Shown here piece after piece: positions 47,859 to 57,611 of a stretch of DNA of 64,000 nt; within the stretch, counting starts at the first letter, position 1, and each line of letters opens with the position of its first letter. Origin of the DNA: Marispirochaeta sp. (GTDB lineage: Bacteria; Spirochaetota; Spirochaetia; JC444; Marispirochaetaceae). The notes under the pieces were generated by a model. It worked only from the letters and a program-made list of their open reading frames with translations, did no database searches and was not told the DNA's origin. The DNA lies in NCBI GenBank assembly GCA_963676835.2, contig CAXXFF010000002.1, forward strand, positions 1,856,001-1,920,000. Direction: 5' to 3'. Position numbers and translations under genes: made by a program.

Positions 47859-50225
47859 CTAAAACTGCGACATTTCTGCCCTGGATATTATTTCGTTCTG
47901 AACTTCCATGCTCAGCTGGTGCCAGTTTGTCACGTAGGCGGCTACACGAATAAGCAGGTCCGGGTATTTTTCCGGGCTTTTTTGGGCATCCTTCAAAATA
48001 GATGGGTCGATCACATTAAACTGAATATGAAATCCACCGAGGCGAAAATAGGTACGGATAAGGTCTTCAAGGTTTTTCTGTCCGTTTTTTGTGGAGATCA
48101 AACCTTTGTTCAGCTTCATGTTCAGCAGGGTTCCGTTTATTGCCTTATGGTGAGGCAGTTTTGCCTGGCTGGATAAGATGGATGTTACCTCCCCCTGCTT
48201 AAGGTACTGAGATGGAGAGCTTGCATCCGACAGGGGTGCAGCCGCTTGTCTTCCGTCCGGGGTTGCCCCTACCAGCTTTCCGAAGCCTACATGAGAGGTA
48301 AGGCTGTAGAGGCTCACAGTGTAGAGACCTCCCCAGATATCCCTATAATCTTCTGCAGTGTCACAACAGAGATTGAACAGATTGACTGCAATGGTGTTGG
48401 AATTCTCCGAATCACTGCCGAAGCGGTCTGTTTTGTTTAAAAGTGTCTGCCGAAGAACCTCTTCATTCATAAAATTGTTATTGATTGTCTTTACCAGATC
48501 CTGGAGAGAAATTATCTGCTTTTCATAGACAAACTCTTTCAGAGCTGACAGTGAATCACATACCGTGGCGAATCCAACCATCTGCACACCGGTATGATAG
48601 GAAACGGCTCCGCCGTTGTTTACATCTTTGCCGCTTTGCATGCAGCCCTGCACTAGAAGAGATTCATAGGGTTCCGGCCAAAGATCCCGGTGAGCCTTCT
48701 GCAGGCAGGTAACTCCTTCAACAACGGAAGCGAAAAGAGAGGATAACTGCGCTTTAAAAGCCTGCATAAAAAGGGAATAGTCCGTGAGTTCCGCCGGTTC
48801 TCCCGTTGTCGGTCCCAATTGTCTCCCGGTGAGGGGATTTCGCCCGTTATTCAGGGTGAGTTCCAGGCATTTCCCCAGATTAATCAGTGCAGCATCTGCC
48901 CAGGTCCAGGTTTTACCCTGGACGCCGTATTCTACACAGCCGATAAAAGCCCATTCGCTTAAGGCGGTGTCTTCTGGTAGACCTGCCTCAATATACATTT
49001 TGCTTCCTATATGATAGTTGAAGAATTTTGGCTTGGAGTTTTCTGCCACCAGCGCCACCGAGGCACTGTAAAATGCAGGATCCATTTCCTCTGTCCAGAG
49101 AAGGCCGATATCCGGCTGATACAGATGGACTTTTTTCTCCGCTTCAAGAAAAAGAAAGGAGAGCTCATCGGTATCATCATTTCCGTTGGCAGTGAGGCCT
49201 CCCAGCTGAACCGGCTGGCCCACGGGAAAACCGCCATAGTTTCCAGCTGCAGCATTATTGTAAAGCTTGAGGATGTCGTTTGTTTTAAAGAAAAAGCTGA
49301 CCAGCAGATTCACCGCATGGTCTCTGTTCAGTTTTCCCCTGTCCAGGTCCCTTTGATAGTAGGGCTGCAGCATAGACGCAATCCGGCCCAGGGTAACCCC
49401 GTAACCGTTGGAATCGATATAGCAGATTACATGAGTAAGCCATATACTCTGCAGGGCGGATTCAAAGCTGTCCGGGGGATTCCAGGGAACCTTCCGGCAG
49501 TTTTCTGCAATGGCTTTCAGCTCTTCTGCCCGAGTGGTATCTGCTGTTTCAGACAGTGATTCTGCAAGATGAGCGTATCTTTCTGCGAAACTGCGCACCG
49601 CTCGGGTAATAATAAGCACGCTTTCATAAAACTCTGCGCTTTCCGGAGCCAGGCTGCTGCTTTTCAGATAAGTCTCCGCTTCGGAATCGAGACCTGAAAA
49701 ACCTTTCTTCAGAATCAGGGCATAGTCGGGCAGAAAGTGTCCGGTTCCGCAGGTAAGCATGTTTTCTGCAGAGAATAATCCCTCTTTCCGCATCTGGAGA
49801 ATCTGTTCCGGGATATCAGACAGCCCGCGGTCTCTGAGGGTTCTACCTTCCCACCATGGCAAAAGCTGGCGAAGCTCCTGTTTAACCTCATCTGAGACGG
49901 CGAATTTATCCCCCGGCCGTGTTTCGTAGCTGTCCAGTTCGTTAAGAATGAAATCGACTCCCCCTTCGGGAAAGATTGGTGCAGAAACCGGTTCCGGCCC
50001 GAGGTTTCCTGCCATAAGCTCCCAGGGTTGAATATAGATTGTCATTTTTTCAAGGATATCGCGAAGCGCATAGGCTCTGAGGAGAAGCGGTGATACTTCT
50101 TCATTTTTCCGGTAGGTTTCGGTAATGATTCGCGCCCGTTCGGAGGTGAGGGACGGTTTCAGCAGCCTGGAGAGATAATAATTACGTGTTTCCTGCAGAC
50201 GAATCTCATTTGCAAACCAGCTCAT
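47859..50225 (-). CDS. Glycyl radical enzyme (PFL2-type) homolog with Ala at the radical site (candidate alanyl-radical enzyme), 788 aa
   Basis: Cys loop GCVE, GATPDGR, NGTLLN, HIQFNV, RVAAY; the real start ATG overlaps the upstream TAA at 50225. Confidence 0.92.
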   Translation of the reverse strand: MSWFANEIRLQETRNYYLSRLLKPSLTSERARIITETYRKNEEVSPLLLRAYALRDILEKMTIYIQPWELMAGNLGPEPVSAPIFPEGGVDFILNELDSYETRPGDKFAVSDEVKQELRQLLPWWEGRTLRDRGLSDIPEQILQMRKEGLFSAENMLTCGTGHFLPDYALILKKGFSGLDSEAETYLKSSSLAPESAEFYESVLIITRAVRSFAERYAHLAESLSETADTTRAEELKAIAENCRKVPWNPPDSFESALQSIWLTHVICYIDSNGYGVTLGRIASMLQPYYQRDLDRGKLNRDHAVNLLVSFFFKTNDILKLYNNAAAGNYGGFPVGQPVQLGGLTANGNDDTDELSFLFLEAEKKVHLYQPDIGLLWTEEMDPAFYSASVALVAENSKPKFFNYHIGSKMYIEAGLPEDTALSEWAFIGCVEYGVQGKTWTWADAALINLGKCLELTLNNGRNPLTGRQLGPTTGEPAELTDYSLFMQAFKAQLSSLFASVVEGVTCLQKAHRDLWPEPYESLLVQGCMQSGKDVNNGGAVSYHTGVQMVGFATVCDSLSALKEFVYEKQIISLQDLVKTINNNFMNEEVLRQTLLNKTDRFGSDSENSNTIAVNLFNLCCDTAEDYRDIWGGLYTVSLYSLTSHVGFGKLVGATPDGRQAAAPLSDASSPSQYLKQGEVTSILSSQAKLPHHKAINGTLLNMKLNKGLISTKNGQKNLEDLIRTYFRLGGFHIQFNVIDPSILKDAQKSPEKYPDLLIRVAAYVTNWHQLSMEVQNEIISRAEMSQF

Positions 50226-51025
50226 TATTCTGTTCCTTTTTTTTCGGTATGTTTCGTTTCCCGGGAGGCAAAGAATTCTGCCAGCCTTTTTTGAGTATCT
50301 CCCGAAGCCATGGCGGCGGAGGAGGCTGCAGCTTCGGCAAAACACATCTCTGTCTCTTTCAGGGCTGAGGCAGTGTTTATGCACTGCTTTATCATGGCTA
50401 TGGATATGTGACTGTTGGCAGATACTGATGTATTGAACTGCTGAATGTGTTCGGAAAGGTCTTCTTCGGTCCCGTAAAAATTGATCAAGCCCGCAGCGAA
50501 GGCTGTTTCTGCAGAAATAGTTCTGCCCGTGAAAAGCAGTTCCTTTGCGAAAGGTGCCCCGGTTCTTAAAGGGACACGGAAAGTGCCTCCCCAGCCGGGA
50601 ATAAGCCCAAGCCCTGCTTCGGGCATGGCAAACCTGGCGGAAGTTTCGGCGTAGATAAAGTCGCAGGCAAGGGCAAGTTCCAGCCCTCCGCCGGCTGCGA
50701 TTCCCCGGACCATAGCCACTACGGGAATTTCAAGGGACTGCAGTCTATTAAATACTGCATGCCCTCTTTTTACCCAGGGGCGAATACTCTCATGATCTAT
50801 CTCCTGGAGGGCTTTCAGATTTGCTCCTACCAGAAAATACTTTGGTTCACTGCTTTCAATGTACAGAACCCTGATATCCGGAACTGCTGCAGCAGCCTTT
50901 TCTATGGCATTTTCCAGCATCTCCAGAGATTCATAATCAAGGGTCGGGGGCTTGCCTGGAGGATCAACGGATAAAAGAATCCGTCCGGTCTGGCCTGAAA
51001 TTTCAAGGCTGATCACTGTTTTCAT
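50225..51025 (-). CDS. Enoyl-CoA hydratase/isomerase (crotonase)
   Basis: GGGLELALACD and MPEAGLGLIPGWGG (both catalytic Glu present). Confidence 0.9.
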   Translation of the reverse strand: MKTVISLEISGQTGRILLSVDPPGKPPTLDYESLEMLENAIEKAAAAVPDIRVLYIESSEPKYFLVGANLKALQEIDHESIRPWVKRGHAVFNRLQSLEIPVVAMVRGIAAGGGLELALACDFIYAETSARFAMPEAGLGLIPGWGGTFRVPLRTGAPFAKELLFTGRTISAETAFAAGLINFYGTEEDLSEHIQQFNTSVSANSHISIAMIKQCINTASALKETEMCFAEAAASSAAMASGDTQKRLAEFFASRETKHTEKKGTE

Positions 51026-51035
51026 TATTGCTACC

Positions 51036-52577
51036 TCAGCTGAAAAAACGGGTATCCATGGTTTTCAGATTTGATGAGATAAGCGGGCGGAAATCCATGT
51101 TGGCGAGAATATCTCTCTCAAGATCTATGCCGGGAGCAATTTCTGTCAGCATCAGTTCTCTATTATGCAGACTGAAGACCGCCCGCTCCGTGACATACAG
51201 AACCGGCTGTTTACGCTTGTCTGCATAGCCGGCACTGAAAGTACGCTGGGCCACTCCGGAAACAAACTTCCTGATTTCACCTTCATGCTCTATGGTAATC
51301 TTTCCGTTACCGCTTGTGCATTTAAGCCCCTTTGCGGTAAAGGTGCCGCAGAACACTACTTTTCCGGCATTCTGGGTAATATTGATAAAACCGCCGCATC
51401 CTGCCAGCATACTGCCGACCTTGCTTGAGTTCACATTTCCGGCGCTGTCCACCTGGGCCATGCCCAGGAAGGCAAGATCCAGCCCGCCACCGTCATAAAA
51501 ACTAAACTGTGAATCCATGGGAATGATTGCTTCGGGATTATAGGCCATTCCGAAAACCACGCCTCCCGCCGGTCGACCGCCGATGGACCCCTGTTCGACT
51601 GTCAGGGTCAGCTGGTCTAAATAGCCATCTTCTGCTGCAACCGCGGCGACTCCGTCGGGAACGCCATAGCCAAGATTAACCACTGCACCGGAAAAAAGTT
51701 CCTCCGCTGCTCTACGGGCAATAATTTTTTTCGGTCCCGCCGGGAGGGGCGGAATGGTTCCCAGAGGAGTTTTGACTCCACCGTTAAAGGCGGGTTCATA
51801 GCTGTGGAGACAGGTCATTGTCTGTTCCGGGTCTACTACAATGTTATCTACGTATATGCCGGGGACAATTACCTCCCGGGGATTGAGAGTTCCCGGCTCT
51901 GCCAGGTATTTCACCTGGGCTATAACGGTTCCGCCGCTGTTTTTTACCGCCTGGGCAATGGCACGGGCTTCAAGCATCGGACCATCTTCCTCGCAGGTAA
52001 TGTTTCCTTTGAGGTCTGCTGTTGTGCCTCGAATAAAGGCTGCATCTATATGAAAGCGGGGAAAAAAGAGCCATTCCTCCCCCTTGATCTGAATTACCTC
52101 TACCAGATCCTCTGTTGTTATCGTATTGGTTTTTCCCCCCTCCAGACGGGGGTCGACATAGGTATTAAGTCCGATTTTGGTTATAACCCCCGGGGTTTTT
52201 CCTGCCACGGCATGATACATATGGGATAAAACGCCCTGGGGAAAGTTGTATGCTTCCACCTGATTGGACAGGATCAGCCTGCCCATGGCAGGGGACATGC
52301 CGAAGTGTCCGGAAATATCCCGTTTGACCAGGCCGGGGTGGGCGAGGAAATCAATTCCTGTCCCTTCCCTGTTGCCGATACCGGTAGAGTGGATAATGGT
52401 AATCCCTGAAGGAGTTGAATTATCCCGGTAATGCTCTCCCAGAGTCCGGAGCAGGAGTGAGGGTTCACACACTCCGCCACCGGACCCGTGAATGGCAAGG
52501 GTCATTCCGTTTTTAATTTTTGAAGCAGCCTCCATTGGCGTAAGCACTTTTGTCTTCATTCTTTTATTCTCCTCCAT
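51036..52577 (-). CDS. Family I acyl-CoA:acetate CoA-transferase (YdiF/propionate CoA-transferase type)
   Basis: YNFPQG, GLNTYVDPR, NLGYGVP, catalytic VEQG, GCGGFINI, YVTER. Confidence 0.9.
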   Translation of the reverse strand: MEENKRMKTKVLTPMEAASKIKNGMTLAIHGSGGGVCEPSLLLRTLGEHYRDNSTPSGITIIHSTGIGNREGTGIDFLAHPGLVKRDISGHFGMSPAMGRLILSNQVEAYNFPQGVLSHMYHAVAGKTPGVITKIGLNTYVDPRLEGGKTNTITTEDLVEVIQIKGEEWLFFPRFHIDAAFIRGTTADLKGNITCEEDGPMLEARAIAQAVKNSGGTVIAQVKYLAEPGTLNPREVIVPGIYVDNIVVDPEQTMTCLHSYEPAFNGGVKTPLGTIPPLPAGPKKIIARRAAEELFSGAVVNLGYGVPDGVAAVAAEDGYLDQLTLTVEQGSIGGRPAGGVVFGMAYNPEAIIPMDSQFSFYDGGGLDLAFLGMAQVDSAGNVNSSKVGSMLAGCGGFINITQNAGKVVFCGTFTAKGLKCTSGNGKITIEHEGEIRKFVSGVAQRTFSAGYADKRKQPVLYVTERAVFSLHNRELMLTEIAPGIDLERDILANMDFRPLISSNLKTMDTRFFS

Positions 52578-52604
52578 ATCTGCATTACGCCGGGTGAAGA
52601 AACC

Positions 52605-53909
52605 TTAGACGAACAATTCCGGCATGAATAATTTGGGAATGCCAAGGGTAATGGAGGGAAAAACAATAATAAGAACAAGAACCGCCAACATAGCCAGCAG
52701 GAATATACCAATCTCCTTAAGAGACTTCATGGCATTGATGCCTGCGATCTCACTTGATATAAGCAGGCAGAGTCCGTAGGGCGGAGTAACCAGACCAAAG
52801 GCCAGAGAGATAACGCCTACAATAGCGAAGTGTAGAGGATGGATTCCGACATGGGCGGCAATGGGTGCGAGCAGTGGTCCAAGAATGACAATGGCTGGAA
52901 CCGAATCGAGAAAGGTTCCGACCAGAAGGAAGATCCCGACGAAAATCATCAGCATCAAGGTTGGAGATGTTGTTATACCTCCAAGAAGGCCAACCAGAAA
53001 GTTTGGAATCTTATAGTAGGCAAGGACCCATCCGTATATCGATGCGGTACCAACGGCAAACAGTACAATCGCGGCAAGCTGCGCTGTATCCAGCATGAGC
53101 TGGATAAATTTATTGAACGAGACCGTGCGGTAGATAAACATTCCCAGTATAAGAGAGTAGATTACGGCAACCAGTGAAGCTTCTGTGGGGGTAACAAAGC
53201 CGAAAACTATACCGCCGACAATAATTATCGGAGTAAAGAGAGCGAGAATTGCTCCCTTGAAGCTGGCTACGAACTCTTTCAGGCTGAAACCGGATTCCCT
53301 CGGATAGCCTCGCTTGAGGGCGAAATAGAGCACCAGAGCCATCTGGAAGAGAGCGATCAATACTCCGGGAACAAAGCCGGCAAGAAACAGTCCGGCAACG
53401 GAAGTGCTCATTACACCTCCCCAGACCACCATGGTTATGCTGGGGGGAATAATGTTTCCCATAACTGCGGAACAGGCGGTAACAGCAACGGAAAACTGCT
53501 TGTCATACCCTTCCTTTTCCATTGCGGGTATAAGAACCGAACCGATACCCGCGGCATCAGCATTGGATGAGCCGGAAATTCCTGCGAAGAGCATGCTTAC
53601 TGCCACGTTTACATGTCCAAGACCCCCGGGAAGCGGTCCGACAATGGAACGGGAAAAGCGTATGAGACGGTCGGTTATCTTGGCTTCATTCATTACAACT
53701 GCAGCAAGCAGGAAGAAGGGAATCGACAGCAATATAAAGGAACCGTACTGCACCATCATGCGCTGAAGCAGCATAAGCGGGGTAACCCTCGGGGTTAATA
53801 TAAGAATCGGGATGACGGCGAAGGCCAGGGTAAAACTGACCGGAACGCGGAGTATAATAAGCACAATAAGTAGAGTGAACATTATGGCAGCAACAGTGGC
53901 AGCAGTCAT
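52605..53909 (-). CDS. dctM: TRAP transporter large permease DctM
   Basis: SGSSNAD, IIPPS, TPTEA, TPPYG. Confidence 0.93.
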   Translation of the reverse strand: MTAATVAAIMFTLLIVLIILRVPVSFTLAFAVIPILILTPRVTPLMLLQRMMVQYGSFILLSIPFFLLAAVVMNEAKITDRLIRFSRSIVGPLPGGLGHVNVAVSMLFAGISGSSNADAAGIGSVLIPAMEKEGYDKQFSVAVTACSAVMGNIIPPSITMVVWGGVMSTSVAGLFLAGFVPGVLIALFQMALVLYFALKRGYPRESGFSLKEFVASFKGAILALFTPIIIVGGIVFGFVTPTEASLVAVIYSLILGMFIYRTVSFNKFIQLMLDTAQLAAIVLFAVGTASIYGWVLAYYKIPNFLVGLLGGITTSPTLMLMIFVGIFLLVGTFLDSVPAIVILGPLLAPIAAHVGIHPLHFAIVGVISLAFGLVTPPYGLCLLISSEIAGINAMKSLKEIGIFLLAMLAVLVLIIVFPSITLGIPKLFMPELFV

Positions 53910-54460
53910 TTGTTGTTTTCTCCTTCATCCTTGGAATTTTCATTGTGATGAATGGTGTACGAATCAGACATGTGATGTTCCGATAGTCTCCGGGCAAAGA
54001 TATCTCTGTATAGTTGTTGCAGAAGGAAGAGCAGCCATGAGAATCCTGCAATCGGAACAGAGGCATAGAGAAACCCAAGATTTATGCCCGTGAGTTCTGA
54101 TGTCTGGATAAGCCCCCACTCTTTAAAGAAACGGTAGCCGTATCTTACGAATACATAGGTAACGGTGAAGGTCACAATGTAATAGATGATCTTCAGGAGC
54201 ACGTCGAACCAGACTGGAAGATTTTCACCGAAAATATCGATGAAAAAATGACGTGAATCACGAACTCCAATGATCGAGCCGATAAAGACCATCCATATCA
54301 ATGAAAAATTCGTTACTTCCAGGGTCCAGAAAAAACGGGGAATAAAGGGAATATATCTGCCGGCAACGGTCAAGCCGACTGCGGCGAGCAGTACGAACAT
54401 CAAAAAGATCAATAAGCCGGTAAGGAACCGTGAATAGAGATCGATAAGCTTAGAGACCAC
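53906..54460 (-). CDS. dctQ: TRAP transporter small permease DctQ
   Basis: WTLEVT, WMVFIG, HFFID; 4 TM segments. Confidence 0.87.
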   Translation of the reverse strand: MVSKLIDLYSRFLTGLLIFLMFVLLAAVGLTVAGRYIPFIPRFFWTLEVTNFSLIWMVFIGSIIGVRDSRHFFIDIFGENLPVWFDVLLKIIYYIVTFTVTYVFVRYGYRFFKEWGLIQTSELTGINLGFLYASVPIAGFSWLLFLLQQLYRDIFARRLSEHHMSDSYTIHHNENSKDEGENNK

Positions 54461-54481
54461 AGCATTGCTCCTTATATGGAA

Positions 54482-54512
54482 AAAGCAGGCGGAATTTACT
54501 CCGGCCTGCTTT
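54482..54512 (-). terminator. Intercistronic hairpin after dctP
   Basis: AAAGCAGGC...GCCTGCTTT. Confidence 0.6.
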
Positions 54513-54531
54513 AAGATTAGTTGGTTTCAGA

Positions 54532-55548
54532 TCAGTCCATGGACTGGATTTTCTCAAATATATCGAGAGCACCAACCTCTTTCGCATACTCCCGGACAAC
54601 AGGAAGCGCGCGCTCCTGGATTATCTTATTGTCAGCATCGCTCAACTCAATGACTTTCAGCCCATGATTCTTCTCCAGGTTGGCGATTATCTCCTGGGCT
54701 TCGGCAACTTCGGTTTTACGGTGCCAGCGGCCTGCATCAAGCCCTGCTTTAAGAATGGCGTCCTGCATATCCTGGGGAAAACTCTCCAGACGGGGCTGTG
54801 AGAAAGCGAGAATCCTGGTTGTAATCTGATGGCGGGTCATAACATAGTAGGGTGCAACTTCGTAGAACTTCATACCTTCCAGACCGGCGGGTTCATTCTC
54901 GAGGCCGTCTACAACGCCGGTTTTAATTGCGTTATATACCTCCATGTAATCAAGAGGAGTGGGGTTGACGCCGACAGCTTCAAATACCTTTGCATGCAGA
55001 GGCGAGCCCTGAACCCGCAGATCGATCTTTCCAAGGTCATCTACAGATTTGATAGGCTGATTAAGAATAAGGCTGCGGGCTCCGCCACCACCGTATCCGA
55101 TGAAGTTGACACCTTTTTCGATCATTGTGTTTCTGATCGGATCAAGGGCGCCGGCTTCAAGGGCGTTTTCCCAGTTTGACAGACTCTTGAAAAGAAATGG
55201 TGCATCGATAACCGGGGCGGTTTTGTCCCAGGTTGCAGCCCATGCGGGGGAAACAACGGCAAAGTCTACCGATACTCCCTGCATCATAAACTCAAGCATG
55301 TCTTTCTCGGTTCCGATTGAACCGGAATGGTGCAGCTCGAATTCGACATCGACGGAACCGTCGTAATACTCATTGAAGAGTTCGACAAACTTTTCCATGG
55401 CACGATAGTAAACGTGACCTTCAGGCAGCATAACGCCTCCAACGAGGGTTATCTTTTCCGGTGCAGCGCCTGAATCCTGTGCGCCGCCGGCAAACAGTCC
55501 CAGTGACAGTACCGACATAACCAGAACCAATACAATAAATTTTTTCAT
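54532..55548 (-). CDS. dctP: TRAP substrate-binding protein DctP
   Basis: Signal peptide, LRVQG (carboxylate-binding Arg), EVYNAIKTGVVDGLEN, KFYEV; RBS GGGAGG before ATG 55548. Confidence 0.92.
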   Translation of the reverse strand: MKKFIVLVLVMSVLSLGLFAGGAQDSGAAPEKITLVGGVMLPEGHVYYRAMEKFVELFNEYYDGSVDVEFELHHSGSIGTEKDMLEFMMQGVSVDFAVVSPAWAATWDKTAPVIDAPFLFKSLSNWENALEAGALDPIRNTMIEKGVNFIGYGGGGARSLILNQPIKSVDDLGKIDLRVQGSPLHAKVFEAVGVNPTPLDYMEVYNAIKTGVVDGLENEPAGLEGMKFYEVAPYYVMTRHQITTRILAFSQPRLESFPQDMQDAILKAGLDAGRWHRKTEVAEAQEIIANLEKNHGLKVIELSDADNKIIQERALPVVREYAKEVGALDIFEKIQSMD

Positions 55549-55592
55549 AGATCCTCCCTTGCGAATTGACTTCACGGCAGTTACCGTATTTA

Positions 55593-55609
55593 ATTGGAAC
55601 GTTACAATA
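55593..55609. promoter_or_regulatory. Putative LacI operator upstream of dctP
   Basis: ATTGGAACGTTACAATA; its exact reverse complement is at 57595-57611. Confidence 0.75.
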
Positions 55610-55790
55610 GAAACGATATCAGCCATGTTTTCAGCTGTCAAGAAAATAGTTGATATCAGCCGGATTTTGGGGTATAACAGGAAACCTGTGTCGATGTACT
55701 GCTGGTTTTAGTGAAATTAATTTAAAAACCTGTTATTTTCACCCCTAAGCCGGTTTTATCGTTCCAACTCTGACAGGCACGGCGGGAAAT

Positions 55791-56807
55791 ATGAAAAGAG
55801 GAAAGCGGGTTACTATCAAAGATATTGCAGAGCATGCGGGGGTATCAAAATCAACGGTATCGCTGGTTCTGCAGAACAGTCCACTGATTCCGGAGGCAAC
55901 CTCTGAGAAGGTCCGGAAATCCATTGACGCCCTTGGCTATGTCTATAACAGGGCGGCTGCCAACCTCAGAACCAAACGATCCCATATAGTGGGAGTTATT
56001 ATCTCTGATATCGGCAACCCTTTTTTCAGCGAGCTGGTGACCACCATAGAAAACAGCCTTGAGCCCCATGGGATTGTGGTAATGCTTACCAATATTGCCG
56101 AAAGTCCGGAACGGCAGCGCAAGGCAATTTCCACGCTTATGGAGCATAACGTGGACGGACTTTTCCTGAGTCCCGCGAGAAACTCAACCGTCGATGATCT
56201 TGGGCCCCTGAAAAACAGCTCCATTCCGGCTGTGTTTGTAAACCGCTATGTTGCTGATTACGCCTGTAACTATGTGGGCGGTGATAATATCCTTGGTACG
56301 CGGATGGCTGTGGAGTATCTGCTTGATCAGGGCCACCGGGAGATAGCCTTTATTGGAGGGGATGAGGGGTCATCCTCCCGGAAAGAGCGGGTACAGGGCT
56401 ATCTGGATGCTTTTGCAAAATATGGGATTGATCCCCCGGAGGGCTTGAATATACATACCACCGGTAACCGTAAGGGGGGGTACGCCGGGGTCCGTAGTCT
56501 GCTTGAGTCCGGAGTCCGGCCTACTGCCGCTTTCTGCTATAACGATGTTATAGCTCTGGGTGTTATGCTGGGGCTGGAATCCAAGGGGATTCATCCGGGG
56601 GGGGATTTTGCAGTTTTCGGCTTTGATGATATTTCCGAGGCGGAACTCTGGACGCCGTCTCTTTCTACGGTGGCGATATCTCCCGAGACTCTGGGAAAGC
56701 GTGCGGCAGCACTGATGATTGAGAAAATAGAAAACAACAGCACAAATGAAAGAATCCTTGTTTCTCCCCGCCTTATGATCCGCGAGTCTTCCGTGGGCAG
56801 AAAATAA
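55791..56807 (+). CDS. LacI family regulator
   Basis: TIKDIAEHAGVSKSTVS, LGYVYNRAAANLR, NPFF. Confidence 0.93.
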   Translation: MKRGKRVTIKDIAEHAGVSKSTVSLVLQNSPLIPEATSEKVRKSIDALGYVYNRAAANLRTKRSHIVGVIISDIGNPFFSELVTTIENSLEPHGIVVMLTNIAESPERQRKAISTLMEHNVDGLFLSPARNSTVDDLGPLKNSSIPAVFVNRYVADYACNYVGGDNILGTRMAVEYLLDQGHREIAFIGGDEGSSSRKERVQGYLDAFAKYGIDPPEGLNIHTTGNRKGGYAGVRSLLESGVRPTAAFCYNDVIALGVMLGLESKGIHPGGDFAVFGFDDISEAELWTPSLSTVAISPETLGKRAAALMIEKIENNSTNERILVSPRLMIRESSVGRK

Positions 56808-56844
56808 AACGGCCGCGATTGCGGCCGTCTGCTGTTTCCCGTTT

Positions 56845-57576
56845 TTAATACATAAACAGACCGCCGTTCACATCAATGGTGGCACCGGTGGTAAAATCGT
56901 TTTCAATAAGATATTTGACCGCCTGGGCAATATGAATGGCCTGGCCGTTTCTTTTAAGGGGTGTATTTTCCCTGAAGGTTTTCATCTTTTCCGGGGTGGA
57001 AACCTTTTCATGGAAAGGTGTTTCTATAACCCCCGGGGCAACAGCATTGACCCGTATTTTCGGAGCCAGTTCAGCGGCAGCACCACGGGTAAAAGTATCG
57101 AGGGCTCCCTTGCAGGCACCATAGATTGTCGCCGACGGCGCGCCGTGCCGCATGGCAATACTTGTCATGTTGATAATAACCGGATCATCTCCTTTTTCCA
57201 GCAAGGGAACACAGAGGGAGGTTATTTTCATTGTTGAAAAAGTATTCAGAGAAAAGGTCTCTATCATAAAGTCCCAGTCGAGTTCGTTAATCGGCTGACG
57301 GTGAATAAGCCCTCCGGCATTGTTTACCAGAACATCCACCACGGGGAATAATTTTGCGCATTCAGCTACAAAGCGTTCACATTCCTCCGGTTTGGACAGG
57401 TCAGCCTGAATCAGGTGGGCTTTGCCGCCTTTAGCCTCCACATCTGCGGCCACTTTTTCAGCCGGCGCTTTCGATGAGTAGTAGTGAACAATAATTTCAT
57501 TTTCAGGAGCAAGCAGCCGTGCGGTGTCTGCACCAATACCCGTACTTGCTCCTGTAATAATAATTTTTTTTCCCAT
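56845..57576 (-). CDS. SDR oxidoreductase, resembles DEH (uronate) reductases
   Basis: TGASTGIG, NNAGGL..R, YGACK, PGVIETPFH. Confidence 0.85.
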   Translation of the reverse strand: MGKKIIITGASTGIGADTARLLAPENEIIVHYYSSKAPAEKVAADVEAKGGKAHLIQADLSKPEECERFVAECAKLFPVVDVLVNNAGGLIHRQPINELDWDFMIETFSLNTFSTMKITSLCVPLLEKGDDPVIINMTSIAMRHGAPSATIYGACKGALDTFTRGAAAELAPKIRVNAVAPGVIETPFHEKVSTPEKMKTFRENTPLKRNGQAIHIAQAVKYLIENDFTTGATIDVNGGLFMY

Positions 57577-57594
57577 ATAAGCTCCTTGAGAATG

Positions 57595-57611
57595 TATTGT
57601 AACGTTCCAAT
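57595..57611. promoter_or_regulatory. Putative LacI operator upstream of the SDR
   Basis: TATTGTAACGTTCCAAT, the same site as 55593-55609 inverted. Confidence 0.75.

Noticed and set aside
50226..50384. 53-aa N-terminal extension of the radical enzyme in the ORF track
   Set aside because: It overlaps the crotonase gene; the ATG coupled to the TAA at 50225 is the more plausible start.
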